Shown here: positions 33,847 through 43,671 of the stretch, piece by piece
Position numbering within the stretch: the stretch's first letter is position 1
How the letters are laid out: every line of letters begins with the position of its first letter
Origin: a virus
Reading direction: 5' to 3' (one strand)
IMG/VR virus record: IMGVR_UViG_3300033571_019687
Location: 69,875 to 133,874 of that record
Length of the DNA stretch: 64,000 nt
The notes under the pieces: model-generated
The model's database searches: none
Told to the model about the DNA's origin: nothing
The model's input: the letters and a program-made list of their open reading frames with translations, nothing else
Position numbers and translations under genes: made by a program

Positions 33847-34506
33847 ATGGCTACAATACCAATAGTATTAAATACTGGGCTATTAAGTAAACAAAATCCT
33901 ATATTTGATTTTGTTATACCTAGCTATGACTTTTTTATTAATCAGCCATCATTAAGTGTTAGTGAAGCTAATAAATCAGTTTCGTTACTGCAAGACGGTG
34001 AATTACGATTATTAAATAAAAATACGAGTCCAGTATATTTTAAATCCATTACACTAATTGATGCTAAAATAAATGATCAATATCTTTCTAGTATAGACAA
34101 AGTATTAAGATTTTCATTAGTTAATGAAGTACAAGATGTTACAAATAATGTTATATTCATTAATTATAAAATAACGTATAAAGGTAGTCAGATAGGTACT
34201 ATTACATGTAGATATAATTTAGATTACTATAATACGACAAAAATATTATATCCCATGCAATCATTACCATTATCATTTTATTATAAAGTTGATAATGTTG
34301 GGATATTGAATCAACAATATTTTGGTAAAAGTAATAGTAATAAAAATAAAAGAGTGGGTTTAATTGATTTTACTTTTACAATAGAATGTTATGATAATAA
34401 TAGTTTCACGACGACTATTACAGAACCTTTAATTGTTAGCGCATATTTAGTTAATAGTGCCTATGTTCCCCCTATACTTAATGAACCAATTGATTATGGT
34501 AGTTAA
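33847..34506 (+). CDS. Hypothetical structural-region protein
   Basis: ORF track. Confidence 0.55.
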   Translation: MATIPIVLNTGLLSKQNPIFDFVIPSYDFFINQPSLSVSEANKSVSLLQDGELRLLNKNTSPVYFKSITLIDAKINDQYLSSIDKVLRFSLVNEVQDVTNNVIFINYKITYKGSQIGTITCRYNLDYYNTTKILYPMQSLPLSFYYKVDNVGILNQQYFGKSNSNKNKRVGLIDFTFTIECYDNNSFTTTITEPLIVSAYLVNSAYVPPILNEPIDYGS

Positions 34507-35021
34507 TGAATACAGTTAAATACATTTTTGAAAATATAGAACTTGAATACAACTATAATAATGCTACGATTAGAAGTGTTATTAATATGTTTAATGAGTT
34601 TAAGTATTCAAATGTATATTGTTTTGGTTCATTTCTAAATGTTATGTATGGTAAAACTGATAATGTTCAAGATGTTGATTTATTTTATATTGGTGAGTAT
34701 AATAAGCATTTAGAAAACGATATATTTATTAGGGCAAAAAATAGTGGTATAGTAATAGATTTATTTTATCTACCTAATTATACTGAATCTGATATTATTG
34801 GTAACCCGTTAAAAACTATAGTCAATGATAACGTTAAAGACTTAACAGTATATAGATCGTATTCAGTCAAGTTAATAAATAATGAAGTTAAATACGGGTC
34901 TGATATATTAACAGAATTTGGTTATAGGTTTAATTTCAAGAATGAATTATTATATAGACATAAAGATATTGATGGTAATAATTTGATAGGTGTTAAGTAT
35001 AATCCTATCAAGTTATCGTAA
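34506..35021 (+). CDS. Pol-beta superfamily nucleotidyltransferase (small, single domain)
   Basis: hGS...DhD motif (FGSF-x10-QDVDLF) and a third acidic strand IDLF. Confidence 0.6.
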   Translation: MNTVKYIFENIELEYNYNNATIRSVINMFNEFKYSNVYCFGSFLNVMYGKTDNVQDVDLFYIGEYNKHLENDIFIRAKNSGIVIDLFYLPNYTESDIIGNPLKTIVNDNVKDLTVYRSYSVKLINNEVKYGSDILTEFGYRFNFKNELLYRHKDIDGNNLIGVKYNPIKLS

Positions 35022-35062
35022 TAACTATTTAATAATAAAGTAACTTATATTAACATTGTAAA

Positions 35063-35398
35063 ATGGCATACGCAACAGGCACTACAACAGAAACAATGAC
35101 TGTCTATCTAACAGATTTAGGTAGAAAAAGAATTTTGGAACAGGGATTTAATCCGGTTAGTTTTTCATTATCTGATGATGATGTTAACTATATTGCTGAT
35201 AATGAAAATTTGGTACAATTAGTACCTGATTTAACTGGTGATCACAATGATGAAGTATTATCATTATCAAAAAATTATATCATAAGGGCTAATATTATCA
35301 GAAATGATAATTTAACTAATTCGGTTGTTATTCCAGTTAATGTAACTGGTACAACGATAGATCCCACAACAACTAATAACACAAATAGCGGAATATAA
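35063..35398 (+). CDS. Short tail protein made mostly of the LTDxG...DxY module
   Basis: VYLTDLGRKRIL...FSLSDDDVNY. Confidence 0.55.
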   Translation: MAYATGTTTETMTVYLTDLGRKRILEQGFNPVSFSLSDDDVNYIADNENLVQLVPDLTGDHNDEVLSLSKNYIIRANIIRNDNLTNSVVIPVNVTGTTIDPTTTNNTNSGI

Positions 35399-35399
35399 A

Positions 35400-37259
35400 A
35401 TGGCTAATATTAGAACAAAAATAAAATTTGCTAGAAGAAAAAGTACAGGTACAGGTAATGGCCTAGTTACATTTTTCTTATCTGGAGCACCTGATTATAC
35501 ACCATCATTAAACCAAAGGGTTATTATAACTCATACTAATGTTGCTGAAAATAGTGGTCTTAAAACTAAATTAGATAGTATTTCAACAAATACCGTAACA
35601 GGACAATTCCAAAGCTATCAACAAAATTTGGATTCAAATTCAATTATACAGTCAGATGGTTTTTCACAGTTCTTTGTAATTAGATATGATGATGTAACAT
35701 TCTCATCTAATCAGTTTGGTGGATCATGTGATGGTTATATAGAGTTTGATGCTAACGTATCATCTGCTGAATATCTCAAAGCTATTGAAAATGCTGTTAT
35801 TGTATCTGAAAATGTACCATTTGATAATGCAGATGCTCAAAATACAATTTCATCACATATAACACAATTAAGTGGGTTAACCGTTTCACCTATGTTTTTC
35901 ATGAAGCGTAATGCGGTTAAGAGTATATTTGCCAACACGCTTAAATCTTTAAATCTACCTGTTACTGATGACGCAATGAAACAATATACTAGATCTGCTT
36001 ATGGTACATTAACCCAGACTAGCGGTACAACTTACGATACATTAATAGACGGTATTAAATATAATTGGTCTGCTTTAACAACAACCGGTTCAACCGCTAT
36101 TGTTAGTGTACATCCAACAACTGGTCATACCGGGGATTTTTATTCTAGTGCGTTACAAACAATAGGGTCTTATAACTTTTTAAAAGACAATTATTTTGAA
36201 CCAGTTAAGAACGGTTTATATTTAGCATTTGAAATCCCTCAAAATAGCTATGGTGAAATTATAGATGGTAAAACATTCAAATTAAGTTTACCTTATTGGG
36301 CACCAACTGGTAATACAACTGGTCATACAGAAGAAAATCAGTATGGTGTATATAGTGGTTATACTTCAAGCCCTAGTACTATTGAGTTATTTGGTACATA
36401 TAATCTTAATGGTTTAAGTAAATTTGATCTTGATAGAGTATTAAGTGAAAAAGGTGTGGAAGCTCAAACTGTTGGTAATAAATTGGATTTAAGTAAAAAC
36501 CCTAATGAATACGAGTCTAATATAGTATTTTTATTTTGTAACGATATTAAAACGCCTCAAGTTGATGATTTTGATTCGTGGGAAGATGGTCATGAAAATG
36601 CTTTTGAAGGTATTAAAGTTCTTCAAAATAACAGTACTAGGTCTAAAGCATTATTTGATTTTAGAAGAGATGAATGTGTTGGGTTTGTCGCATTAGATAA
36701 GGGTTTTGTTGTTATTACACATCCATTAATCGTTGATAGTTTCTTTATTAAAGGTTTTGGCGGTGTAATAGATATTCAAGGTTCTGGTAGCAACAGAGAA
36801 AAAACATATTTATACTATGATTCAATTCCACAAGGTACATCTCTAACTAGATTGAATGTTACTACAGCAAGTGGGGATACTAGGGTTAAATATACTATTG
36901 AAGAGGAAAACGGATTTATTGATTGGGATTCCACTCAATTTTTATATAATGCAACAGGTACAACTATTCCTACTATGAGATTCCTATCTTATAATTCAGA
37001 AAAGAATTTAGTAATAACCTGTACTGCTTCATCTGGTGAATTTGTTAGGAGTACAAATGATACTGCTAAAGTATTACATAATACAACAAGTCCATTTCCT
37101 ACATTTAAAACTGATAATACAGAATTGTATCCAGTTTGTATAACAAAGATTGGTATTCATGATGCTGATGGTAACTTACTTGCAATATGCGTACCATCTC
37201 AGCCAATTAAAAAATATTGGTATGATGTAGTATCGTTTAATTTAAAGATAAGAGTTTAA
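35400..37259 (+). CDS. Tail structural protein ending in the ITKIGI.D..GNLLA...PI.K module
   Basis: C-terminus is paralogous to that of 29966-32689. Confidence 0.55.
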   Translation: MANIRTKIKFARRKSTGTGNGLVTFFLSGAPDYTPSLNQRVIITHTNVAENSGLKTKLDSISTNTVTGQFQSYQQNLDSNSIIQSDGFSQFFVIRYDDVTFSSNQFGGSCDGYIEFDANVSSAEYLKAIENAVIVSENVPFDNADAQNTISSHITQLSGLTVSPMFFMKRNAVKSIFANTLKSLNLPVTDDAMKQYTRSAYGTLTQTSGTTYDTLIDGIKYNWSALTTTGSTAIVSVHPTTGHTGDFYSSALQTIGSYNFLKDNYFEPVKNGLYLAFEIPQNSYGEIIDGKTFKLSLPYWAPTGNTTGHTEENQYGVYSGYTSSPSTIELFGTYNLNGLSKFDLDRVLSEKGVEAQTVGNKLDLSKNPNEYESNIVFLFCNDIKTPQVDDFDSWEDGHENAFEGIKVLQNNSTRSKALFDFRRDECVGFVALDKGFVVITHPLIVDSFFIKGFGGVIDIQGSGSNREKTYLYYDSIPQGTSLTRLNVTTASGDTRVKYTIEEENGFIDWDSTQFLYNATGTTIPTMRFLSYNSEKNLVITCTASSGEFVRSTNDTAKVLHNTTSPFPTFKTDNTELYPVCITKIGIHDADGNLLAICVPSQPIKKYWYDVVSFNLKIRV

Positions 37260-37263
37260 TAAT

Positions 37264-37869
37264 ATGATAACAAAAAACGACACCTCGTATTTACTTAGTT
37301 TAGATGTATCAACTACTACCATTGGTATGTGTGTATTTAATCTTAATGGGAAATTATTAGATATTTCCCATTTTACTCCTAAAGTAAAATGTGATAATAA
37401 GATTGAAGAGTTGATTAAAAAAGTTGATGGGTTCAATATTTTTGTTGATGATGTCATAACATCACTAAAAATCAATATAAAAGATATTGTAGCAATTGTA
37501 ATTGAAGAACCATTGCTTAAATCTAATAATGCAAATACTGTTGGTACACTTATGAGATTTAATGGTATGATTACCAAACTTGTGCATACTAAGTTTAATG
37601 TTATACCAAGTTACATTAGTACATACGATTCTCGTAAAAATGGGTTTCCACAGCTAATGAGACCAAATAAAACTGGTGATATTGTATTATTTGGCGGTTA
37701 CCCTAAAGATACTGATAAAAAATTGGTAGTGTGGGAAGAAGTAGCAAAACTTGAACCTACTATTAACTGGGTATATAACTCAAAAGGTCAACTTAAAAAA
37801 GAAAACTTTGATATGAGTGACGCTTATTGTTGTGGTCTTGGATATCTTAGGTTAAAAAATTACATATAA
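37264..37869 (+). CDS. RuvC-like Holliday junction resolvase
   Basis: LSLDVSTTTIG, VIEEP, D.SDAY RNase H-fold acidic triad. Confidence 0.75.
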   Translation: MITKNDTSYLLSLDVSTTTIGMCVFNLNGKLLDISHFTPKVKCDNKIEELIKKVDGFNIFVDDVITSLKINIKDIVAIVIEEPLLKSNNANTVGTLMRFNGMITKLVHTKFNVIPSYISTYDSRKNGFPQLMRPNKTGDIVLFGGYPKDTDKKLVVWEEVAKLEPTINWVYNSKGQLKKENFDMSDAYCCGLGYLRLKNYI

Positions 37870-37871
37870 AA

Positions 37872-37903
37872 TTTGGATATCCCAAAAATATTGCCTACAT
37901 TTG
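37872..37903 (+). promoter_or_regulatory. Bacteroidota promoter upstream of primase
   Basis: TTTG, 20 nt, TACATTTG. Confidence 0.75.
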
Positions 37904-37917
37904 TGGAAAAATAACCC

Positions 37918-38910
37918 ATGAGTGTAGGCAATCTTTTTAATGAAAACGGTTTAACCGTACTTATATCTCTCTTAGAAGACACTCTAGGGGAGTGTAAAAA
38001 GCATTATGAAGGTAAGGCTGAATTACTTTTTGATTGCCCGGTATGCTCTGCTAATAGCGGTGTTTTTTTTGACGGTAAAGGTAATTTACAAGTCAATTAT
38101 GTAAAAGGTAAGTATAATTGTTGGGCATGTGGTGAATCTTGTAATACAAAAGGTAGTATTAAGAACCTATTTAAAAAATTTGCTGATGGTAAAACATACA
38201 TCAAATATGCTAAATTGGGTTTTAGATATAATGACGACTCATTTATTTTTGATGAAGAAGATGAATTAACTGAAAAAGCACCTGTTGTATTACCAAGATT
38301 TAGTTTACCTATAAATGGTATGACAGAAAATACCCCAAAATTTAAGGATGTAAATAAGTATTTAACATTAAGGGGTTTAGATAGTAAAATAATAAGTAAG
38401 TTTAATTTACATTTTGGTGGTGATGGGTTTGAAAACAGAATTATTATACCATCTTATGATCTTAGTGGTAGTCTAAATTATTATACAGGCAGACTAATAT
38501 ATAAGTATCAAAACAGGAAGGTAATAAAGTATAAAAACTTTGAAGCCCCGAAAGAAACATTCATATTTAATGAGGGACTTATAGATTGGAATAAACGGGT
38601 TTTCTTAGTAGAAGGCCCATTTGATCACATTGTTTTACCAAACTCAATACCATTACTTGGTAAAAAGTTAAGCAACTTATTATACAACTCCATATATTAT
38701 AAAGCTAAAAAAGGTATAACTATTGTATTAGATCCAGATGCTAGAGAAGATTCAAAAAAAATTTTTTACAAATTAGACGCTGGTAGATTGTATGGTAAAG
38801 TTAATTATGTTGACTTACCTTATGATATGGACGTTAGCGAAATATATCAGAATTACGGCCTATCTGGTTTAAGAGATGTGGTAATAAAACAAAGAAGATT
38901 TAAAGATTAA
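37918..38910 (+). CDS. DNA primase (Zn finger + TOPRIM)
   Basis: CPVC...CWAC, RIIIP, EGPFD, LDPDA. Confidence 0.88.
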   Translation: MSVGNLFNENGLTVLISLLEDTLGECKKHYEGKAELLFDCPVCSANSGVFFDGKGNLQVNYVKGKYNCWACGESCNTKGSIKNLFKKFADGKTYIKYAKLGFRYNDDSFIFDEEDELTEKAPVVLPRFSLPINGMTENTPKFKDVNKYLTLRGLDSKIISKFNLHFGGDGFENRIIIPSYDLSGSLNYYTGRLIYKYQNRKVIKYKNFEAPKETFIFNEGLIDWNKRVFLVEGPFDHIVLPNSIPLLGKKLSNLLYNSIYYKAKKGITIVLDPDAREDSKKIFYKLDAGRLYGKVNYVDLPYDMDVSEIYQNYGLSGLRDVVIKQRRFKD

Positions 38911-38911
38911 C

Positions 38912-39679
38912 ATGCCGGTATATTTAGAACATGAAACGCATACTTATATTAACACAGATAAACCAGATTTGGTTTATAAGAGTGTTACTACAATTTTAGG
39001 TGAATATAAGAAGAAGTTTGAAACCGAAAAAATGGCAGCCAGAACTGCTAAGAAAAGGGGATTAACTACAGAAGAAATATTAACTGAATGGCAACAAATA
39101 AATGATGATGCCAATGTTTTTGGTACAGCTTTTCATGAGATTTTAGAGAATTATCTTAAAAATAGACTTTTTTACATCCCTAAAGATGATTTTGAAAGAC
39201 ATGTTATTCAAAAATTTGTGGCATGCTGCACAAAACACAAATTGTTAAAAACTTTTGATAAATATAACAAGTATAAAGTAACTCCAGAAAAAATCCTTCA
39301 TATTGAATTTAATGAAAACGAAGGTATTGCTGGAACTACTGACGTATTAGAGGATGTCAATGATGATTATTTCAATATCTTTGACTTTAAAACCAATAAA
39401 ATTTTTAACTATTATAGCAAGTATAATGAAAAGTTACTGCCACCTGTATCACATTTGGACCATTGTGAGTTAAATGATTATACTTTACAAATATCAATGT
39501 ATGCTTTAATGTATGAAAGGTTAAGTGGTAGAAAGTTTAAACATGGGGGATTATTTTTTTGGGACAAAGAACTAGAAGATTTTACCTATTATCCGGTAAC
39601 ATATCATAGAAAAGATGTTATAGAAATAGTTAATCACTATATTAATAAACACAATATAACTGTAATTAAAAATGGCTAA
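38912..39679 (+). CDS. PD-(D/E)xK exonuclease
   Basis: GTAFH..LE, E, AGTTD, IFDFKT, YTLQISMYA. Confidence 0.8.
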   Translation: MPVYLEHETHTYINTDKPDLVYKSVTTILGEYKKKFETEKMAARTAKKRGLTTEEILTEWQQINDDANVFGTAFHEILENYLKNRLFYIPKDDFERHVIQKFVACCTKHKLLKTFDKYNKYKVTPEKILHIEFNENEGIAGTTDVLEDVNDDYFNIFDFKTNKIFNYYSKYNEKLLPPVSHLDHCELNDYTLQISMYALMYERLSGRKFKHGGLFFWDKELEDFTYYPVTYHRKDVIEIVNHYINKHNITVIKNG

Positions 39680-40478
39680 TATTAAGAAGATAATTGCTAT
39701 TGCAGATATTCACTTCCGTAAATATGAAAGGCGAGAAGAATATGATACTGTACTTAAACAATTATATACAGAGTTAGAACAACAAAAACCAGATAGGATA
39801 GTTGTTGCCGGGGATATAGTACATAGTTATACTACATTAACACCTGAATTGGTATTTGATGTTGGTAATTTTTTAAGAAAATTGGCCTCATTAACAGAAA
39901 AAGTGATTATTATCCCCGGTAATCACGATTTTGTTATGAAGAGTAAATCCAGAATGGACTCCATAACACCTATTCTTAGTAATCTAAAAATAGATAATAT
40001 TTCTTATTATAAGAATACCGGGATATATGATGATGAAAATGTTAAATGGGTTATATACTCTTTGTTAGATGACAATATTAGACCAAAAGGTTTAGATTAT
40101 AAAGATTCTGACAAGACATATATAGGTGTATTTCATGGTATAGTGGAAGGTATGAGCAATGCATACGGTATAGAGCTCAAGGGAGGCTTATCTAAGGCTA
40201 GATTTGATGGGTGTGATGTTGTTATATGTGGAGACGTTCACAAGCGTCAGGTGGCTTATATGGACGAATATGACGATACTAACCCTATCATAATGGTCGG
40301 GTCTTTAATACAGCAAGATCATGGAGAAACTATTGATGGACATGGTTATTGTACAGTAGAATTGGGAGAAAATATAATTTTTTCTTTCAAAGATTTGGAA
40401 AATCCAGTAAAATACTATACCTTTGTAGTCCGTGGAATTGAAAGTATAGAAAATAACTCAGAGGTACTCATTAATTAG
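39672..40478 (+). CDS. Mre11/SbcD/gp47-like nuclease subunit
   Basis: ADIH, AGDI, PGNHD, GDVH metallophosphoesterase motifs; upstream of the ATPase subunit. Confidence 0.85.
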   Translation: MANIKKIIAIADIHFRKYERREEYDTVLKQLYTELEQQKPDRIVVAGDIVHSYTTLTPELVFDVGNFLRKLASLTEKVIIIPGNHDFVMKSKSRMDSITPILSNLKIDNISYYKNTGIYDDENVKWVIYSLLDDNIRPKGLDYKDSDKTYIGVFHGIVEGMSNAYGIELKGGLSKARFDGCDVVICGDVHKRQVAYMDEYDDTNPIIMVGSLIQQDHGETIDGHGYCTVELGENIIFSFKDLENPVKYYTFVVRGIESIENNSEVLIN

Positions 40479-40480
40479 AT

Positions 40481-40711
40481 ATGGAGCTAGATGATAATTT
40501 GGCAAATGATGTAAGATTATTTTATGAAGCCAATAAGGATAAATTTACATCATTAGATCATTGTTTAAATAGTATTGTTAAGGCTGGTCTAATGAGACTT
40601 ATGTATCCTATACCACAAAAAAAAGTGGTTAGTCCTATGGTTATTAAAGACGTAAACAAAGAAGAGTCGAAAGAAAAAAAACAAGGGTTTTATGGAAAAC
40701 ACTCAATATAA
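40481..40711 (+). CDS. Hypothetical protein (76 aa)
   Basis: ORF track; lies between the gp47- and gp46-like genes. Confidence 0.55.
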   Translation: MELDDNLANDVRLFYEANKDKFTSLDHCLNSIVKAGLMRLMYPIPQKKVVSPMVIKDVNKEESKEKKQGFYGKHSI

Positions 40712-43043
40712 TAAGGTGAGGGTTATATGGGAAGATACCATAGACAACCAAACTAAAGCTAACGCTAAAAAAATAGCTGATTATTTTAAGACTAAATATA
40801 ATGCATCTACAGTAAATATTTCTAAGCAAAATACAACTGTTAAAAATAGAAGTGAGGTTGATGTTACAGATATGGACATTGACGTATCTCACATGGTCAT
40901 ATCAGATGATTTTCAACTTAGGTTAATTAATCAATATCTTGATAACAATGAAATAGATATTGATCGTAATCTTATCTATAGACTTAACAGTAAAATTAAT
41001 GGTCTTATAGAAGGTTATAAAGAGTCTACAATACGTAATAGGAATATTAGACCACTAGATATTAAATTTGATAATTTTTTATCATACGGGTCTGGTAATG
41101 TAATTGATTTTACCAAATATAATGGTTTAACAACAATAAAGGGTTATCCGGAAAACTATAGTGGTAAAACAACATTAGCGGTAGATTTGTTGTTATTTTT
41201 GTTTTTTGGTAAAACAACAAAAACTGATGTATTATATGAAATCTTTAATAAGTTTGTATCAGATGATATTTTAACTGTTAGAGGTCGTGTGGCCATTGAT
41301 GATAAAATATATGTTATCAAGCGTAGTATAACAAGAAAGAAAAAACGTGATAGTAGTTTCAATGCAGAAGGTAGGCTTGAATTATATTTAGAAGATGAAA
41401 AAGGTAATCTAATTCAAGAAAACAAAGAAACTGCGGTTGTAACTGATAGTTATATTCAAGAACTTGTTGGTACTTACAATGATTTTTTAATTACTATTCT
41501 TACGACTGGTGATAACTTAGATGATCTTATTAGAACAAAACCTACTGAAAGAGGTAAATTGTTCACAAGATATGTTGGTTTAGAAATTTTTGATAAAAAG
41601 TTTGATGTGGCCAAAGCTGATTACAAAGCTTGGTACTCAGGCACAAAACTAAGTCAGTATAGTAAAGCTAATTTAAAAATTGATAATGAAAATAGTCTTA
41701 CCCAAGTTACAGAACTAAAAGAGCAGGTTGATAATTTACAGGAAGAGTATGATAATGATCAAAAAACTATTCTTATATATGAAGAAAAATTAGGTAAGCT
41801 TTATTCAAAAAAGAGACCTGTTGATAATGATACGTATTCATTTAATAAGGATTTTGCGGTTAGCGAGATTGAAAGACTTGAACAACGTAAAGACCAGTAT
41901 GTTAATGATATATCAAAAGCAAAGGAAGTTGTAGATAATTCAAAACCTGATATTGATTTTAACGATTATGATTATAAATCAGCACAATCTGACATTAGAA
42001 CTCTAGTAAATAAGGTTGCGTCTATAAAAAGTGAGATACAATCTTTTAAAAGAGATATTGAGAATATTAACAATTCTGAGCTTTGTCCTCATTGTGGTAA
42101 ACATATTAATCATTTAAACGTAGAAGAAAAACTATCTATTATAAATGATAAAATTGTTGATAAAAACAAAGAGTTAGTTAATTTTGAAAATGAGTTAGCT
42201 AAAAATGAAGAATATATATCCGGACAAGATGAATTAAAAAAAGCTTGGGATTCATATAATATGAATAATCTTGCTTATAGCAGGAAAATTTTAGAATTAC
42301 AAGAACTCCAAAATAAAATTGACAGATATAAAAATGATCTTGATAAGTTTTTAAGACAACAAAGTGATATTGAGCATAATAAAGAAATAGATGTTGAGCT
42401 CAATAAGCTAAACTATGATTTAAAACAGGTTAAAGATAATTCAGTTTTAAAGTATAAAAGTATTGCCAATATATCAAATCAGATTACTAACTTGCAGGAT
42501 CAAATTAGTAAAAATGAGAAATTAATTATTGATATTAGCAAAGAGGAGAAAATAGATAAGGTATATAAAGTATATCTTGATATTTTTGGTAAAAACGGGA
42601 TATCAAAAATGGTATTGGCAACAATGATACCTGTTATGAACCAACATCTTGAAAATCTTACTTATGACTCATCTAGTGAATTTAAGTTAGAAGTAAGGCT
42701 TAACGATAAAGAGGAGTTAGATTTCTGGATGATTGATAATTTAACTGGTATTGAACGCCCACTTAAATCCGGGTCAGGTTATGAAAAAACTATAAGTTCT
42801 TTAGCTTTAAGATGTGTATTAGCTAAAATCTGTAGTTTACCAAAACTTAGTATCATAGTATTTGATGAAATTACTGGTAAAGTGGCTAAATCAAATATGC
42901 AAAATATTGAAAGCTTTTTTCAAAAGATTAAAAACTATTTTGATAATATTTTCATTATTTCACATGATGAGACCGTGCAAGATTGGGGTGAAAACATTAT
43001 TATGGTAGAAAAAGAAAACAACATCTCTAAAATTCTTAATTAA
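40692..43043 (+). CDS. Rad50/SbcC/gp46-like ATPase subunit
   Basis: NYSGKTT Walker A, coiled coil with CPHCG Zn hook, SGYE signature, FDE Walker B, ISH. Confidence 0.88.
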   Translation: MENTQYNKVRVIWEDTIDNQTKANAKKIADYFKTKYNASTVNISKQNTTVKNRSEVDVTDMDIDVSHMVISDDFQLRLINQYLDNNEIDIDRNLIYRLNSKINGLIEGYKESTIRNRNIRPLDIKFDNFLSYGSGNVIDFTKYNGLTTIKGYPENYSGKTTLAVDLLLFLFFGKTTKTDVLYEIFNKFVSDDILTVRGRVAIDDKIYVIKRSITRKKKRDSSFNAEGRLELYLEDEKGNLIQENKETAVVTDSYIQELVGTYNDFLITILTTGDNLDDLIRTKPTERGKLFTRYVGLEIFDKKFDVAKADYKAWYSGTKLSQYSKANLKIDNENSLTQVTELKEQVDNLQEEYDNDQKTILIYEEKLGKLYSKKRPVDNDTYSFNKDFAVSEIERLEQRKDQYVNDISKAKEVVDNSKPDIDFNDYDYKSAQSDIRTLVNKVASIKSEIQSFKRDIENINNSELCPHCGKHINHLNVEEKLSIINDKIVDKNKELVNFENELAKNEEYISGQDELKKAWDSYNMNNLAYSRKILELQELQNKIDRYKNDLDKFLRQQSDIEHNKEIDVELNKLNYDLKQVKDNSVLKYKSIANISNQITNLQDQISKNEKLIIDISKEEKIDKVYKVYLDIFGKNGISKMVLATMIPVMNQHLENLTYDSSSEFKLEVRLNDKEELDFWMIDNLTGIERPLKSGSGYEKTISSLALRCVLAKICSLPKLSIIVFDEITGKVAKSNMQNIESFFQKIKNYFDNIFIISHDETVQDWGENIIMVEKENNISKILN

Positions 43044-43050
43044 TAAAACT

Positions 43051-43668
43051 ATGTGGAATCCATTTAAGTGGTTTAGAAAACCAGAAGCACCTAAAAAAGT
43101 TGAAGATGAATATGAACTATATCATATTCTAGTTAGTGGGACGATACCAAGTGAATTTGATGCCAATGTATTAAAAGTGCTCCCAGAAGGTCATAGAATT
43201 GGTATTATACCTGATAATCGTATTAGAATGATCAACGTTATTTATTATGTCCCAACTAAAGATAGTAATCCAGTTTTTATTCTTAATGAGATTATAGAAA
43301 AGATTTTTCCCCTCTATTATAAAAACATGTTCGGAGAGGAAGATCTTAGAGACATGTACATGACCAAGTTAAGTGATTCCGGTAGTGTATTTCTGATGAA
43401 ATCAATGAATATGCCAAAACAAGCACTTGTTATGAAAAAAATGGAGTATATCATTAATCAGGGATATACATTAGATCGAGAAATACAATCTGTTGATCTG
43501 TATTATAAACAGCAAATGCAGATAATTAAAGATTTTTACTCACCTAAAGATGATGCTACAGAAGATGAAGTTAGTAGATTAGATGAATTGCTTGATAAAA
43601 TCAACAAAACTGGAATTGAATCATTAACAGAAAACGAATTAAAAGAACTAAACCAATTATCTAAATAA
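43051..43668 (+). CDS. Hypothetical protein with C-terminal LD.LLDKI...GIESLT..E...L motif (DUF6576-like)
   Basis: C-terminal motif recognised by eye. Confidence 0.5.
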   Translation: MWNPFKWFRKPEAPKKVEDEYELYHILVSGTIPSEFDANVLKVLPEGHRIGIIPDNRIRMINVIYYVPTKDSNPVFILNEIIEKIFPLYYKNMFGEEDLRDMYMTKLSDSGSVFLMKSMNMPKQALVMKKMEYIINQGYTLDREIQSVDLYYKQQMQIIKDFYSPKDDATEDEVSRLDELLDKINKTGIESLTENELKELNQLSK

Positions 43669-43671
43669 ACA

